A DNA stretch of 64,000 nucleotides from an uncultured delta proteobacterium (GTDB taxonomy: Bacteria > Desulfobacterota > Binatia > UBA9968), in contig CAWJBB010000041.1 in assembly GCA_963840855.1 (NCBI GenBank), positions 128,001 to 192,000 of the forward strand, in the 5' to 3' direction. Shown here in pieces: positions 63,309 through 64,000 of the stretch. The translations under genes and the position numbers were made by a program. Every line of letters begins with the position of its first letter. The first letter of the stretch is position 1. The notes under the pieces were generated by a model. That model was not told where the DNA came from. It did no database searches and saw only the letters and a list, made by a program, of their open reading frames with translations.

Positions 63309-64000
63309 ATGGCAACCCCGACCAAAAAAGGCTCTAAGAATACCACGGCAAAACCGCGCCGCCCGGTGGTGAAGACATCTCAGCCTAAACAAGCGCAAAA
63401 CATTCAGTCATTGCAGCGAAATCTCGATGAGTCACACGAACGGGAAGCGGCGACGAGCGACATTCTTCGCATGATCGCGCGCGCGCAGGGAGACCTCCAA
63501 TCTATCCTGGATGCGACCGCTACGAATGCTGCGAAATTGTGTGATGCGGTGGATGCTGCGGTGTGGCGCGTCGATGGCGATGTGTTACGCCTCGCCGCGC
63601 ACTTTGGGTCGATCCCGATGCTACACGCGCTAGGTGATACTGACAGCATCGATCGGAGCACAGCCACTGGCCGCGCGGTTGTGGAGCGGCAAACAATCCA
63701 TGTCCACGATATGGTAGCAGCGCAAGCTGAGTTTCCGAGAGCTCAAATGCGCGGCGTAATAACGGGAACTCGTACCACGTTGGCGGCGCCGCTGCTACGC
63801 GACGGCAACGTAATCGGGGCTATTCATATTCGTCGACGCGAAGTCTGTCCCTTCACTGATGAGCAAATCAAACTCGTTGAGACCTTCGCCGACCAGGCCG
63901 TCATTGCGATCGAGAACGTGCGGTTGTTTCAAGAATTGAAGGAGTCACTGGAGCAGCAAACTGCGACGAGCGAAATTCTCGGCGTCATCGCGAGTTCGCC
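63309..64000 (+). CDS. GAF-domain sensor protein, runs off the window end
   Basis: Manual translation: EREAATSDILRMIA...GRAVVERQTIHVHD...FADQAVIAIENVRLFQELKESLEQQTATSEILGVIASS. Confidence 0.88.
   Translation, partial: MATPTKKGSKNTTAKPRRPVVKTSQPKQAQNIQSLQRNLDESHEREAATSDILRMIARAQGDLQSILDATATNAAKLCDAVDAAVWRVDGDVLRLAAHFGSIPMLHALGDTDSIDRSTATGRAVVERQTIHVHDMVAAQAEFPRAQMRGVITGTRTTLAAPLLRDGNVIGAIHIRRREVCPFTDEQIKLVETFADQAVIAIENVRLFQELKESLEQQTATSEILGVIASS

Overview
Bacterial chromosomal window. Gene content suggests a deltaproteobacteria-like lineage, possibly Candidatus Binatia (inference only). Positions ~557-12707 are accessory DNA: an intact tRNA-Ser(TGA) followed by two tandem islands, each closed by a copy of the tRNA 3' part. 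The islands share conserved terminal arms and a thrice-repeated small Cys-motif coding segment, and no integrase is visible in either. Island 2 also carries a head-to-tail dimer of a ~2.06-kb IS (DUF6788-like ORF plus DDE transposase) inserted at TAGCTA. The rest is mostly core genome: beta-CASP hydrolase, CopA, an ABC transporter, rho, rpsB-tsf-pyrH-frr-uppS-cdsA-dxr-rseP-tsaB, ilvBN, an HD-GYP/histidine kinase pair, purC, a divergent UbiD, pilTU, frdABCD next to a second atypical SdhA/SdhB/CCG-protein operon, UdgB, thrC and several oxidoreductases. An ArsC/Spx-family gene has an in-frame TGA at the first Cys of CxxC, making it a candidate selenoprotein that the ORF track truncates. Two families of short-period intergenic repeats recur. 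Many single-base frameshifts in otherwise intact genes look like sequencing indels. All family assignments come from motif recognition by eye, not database searches.
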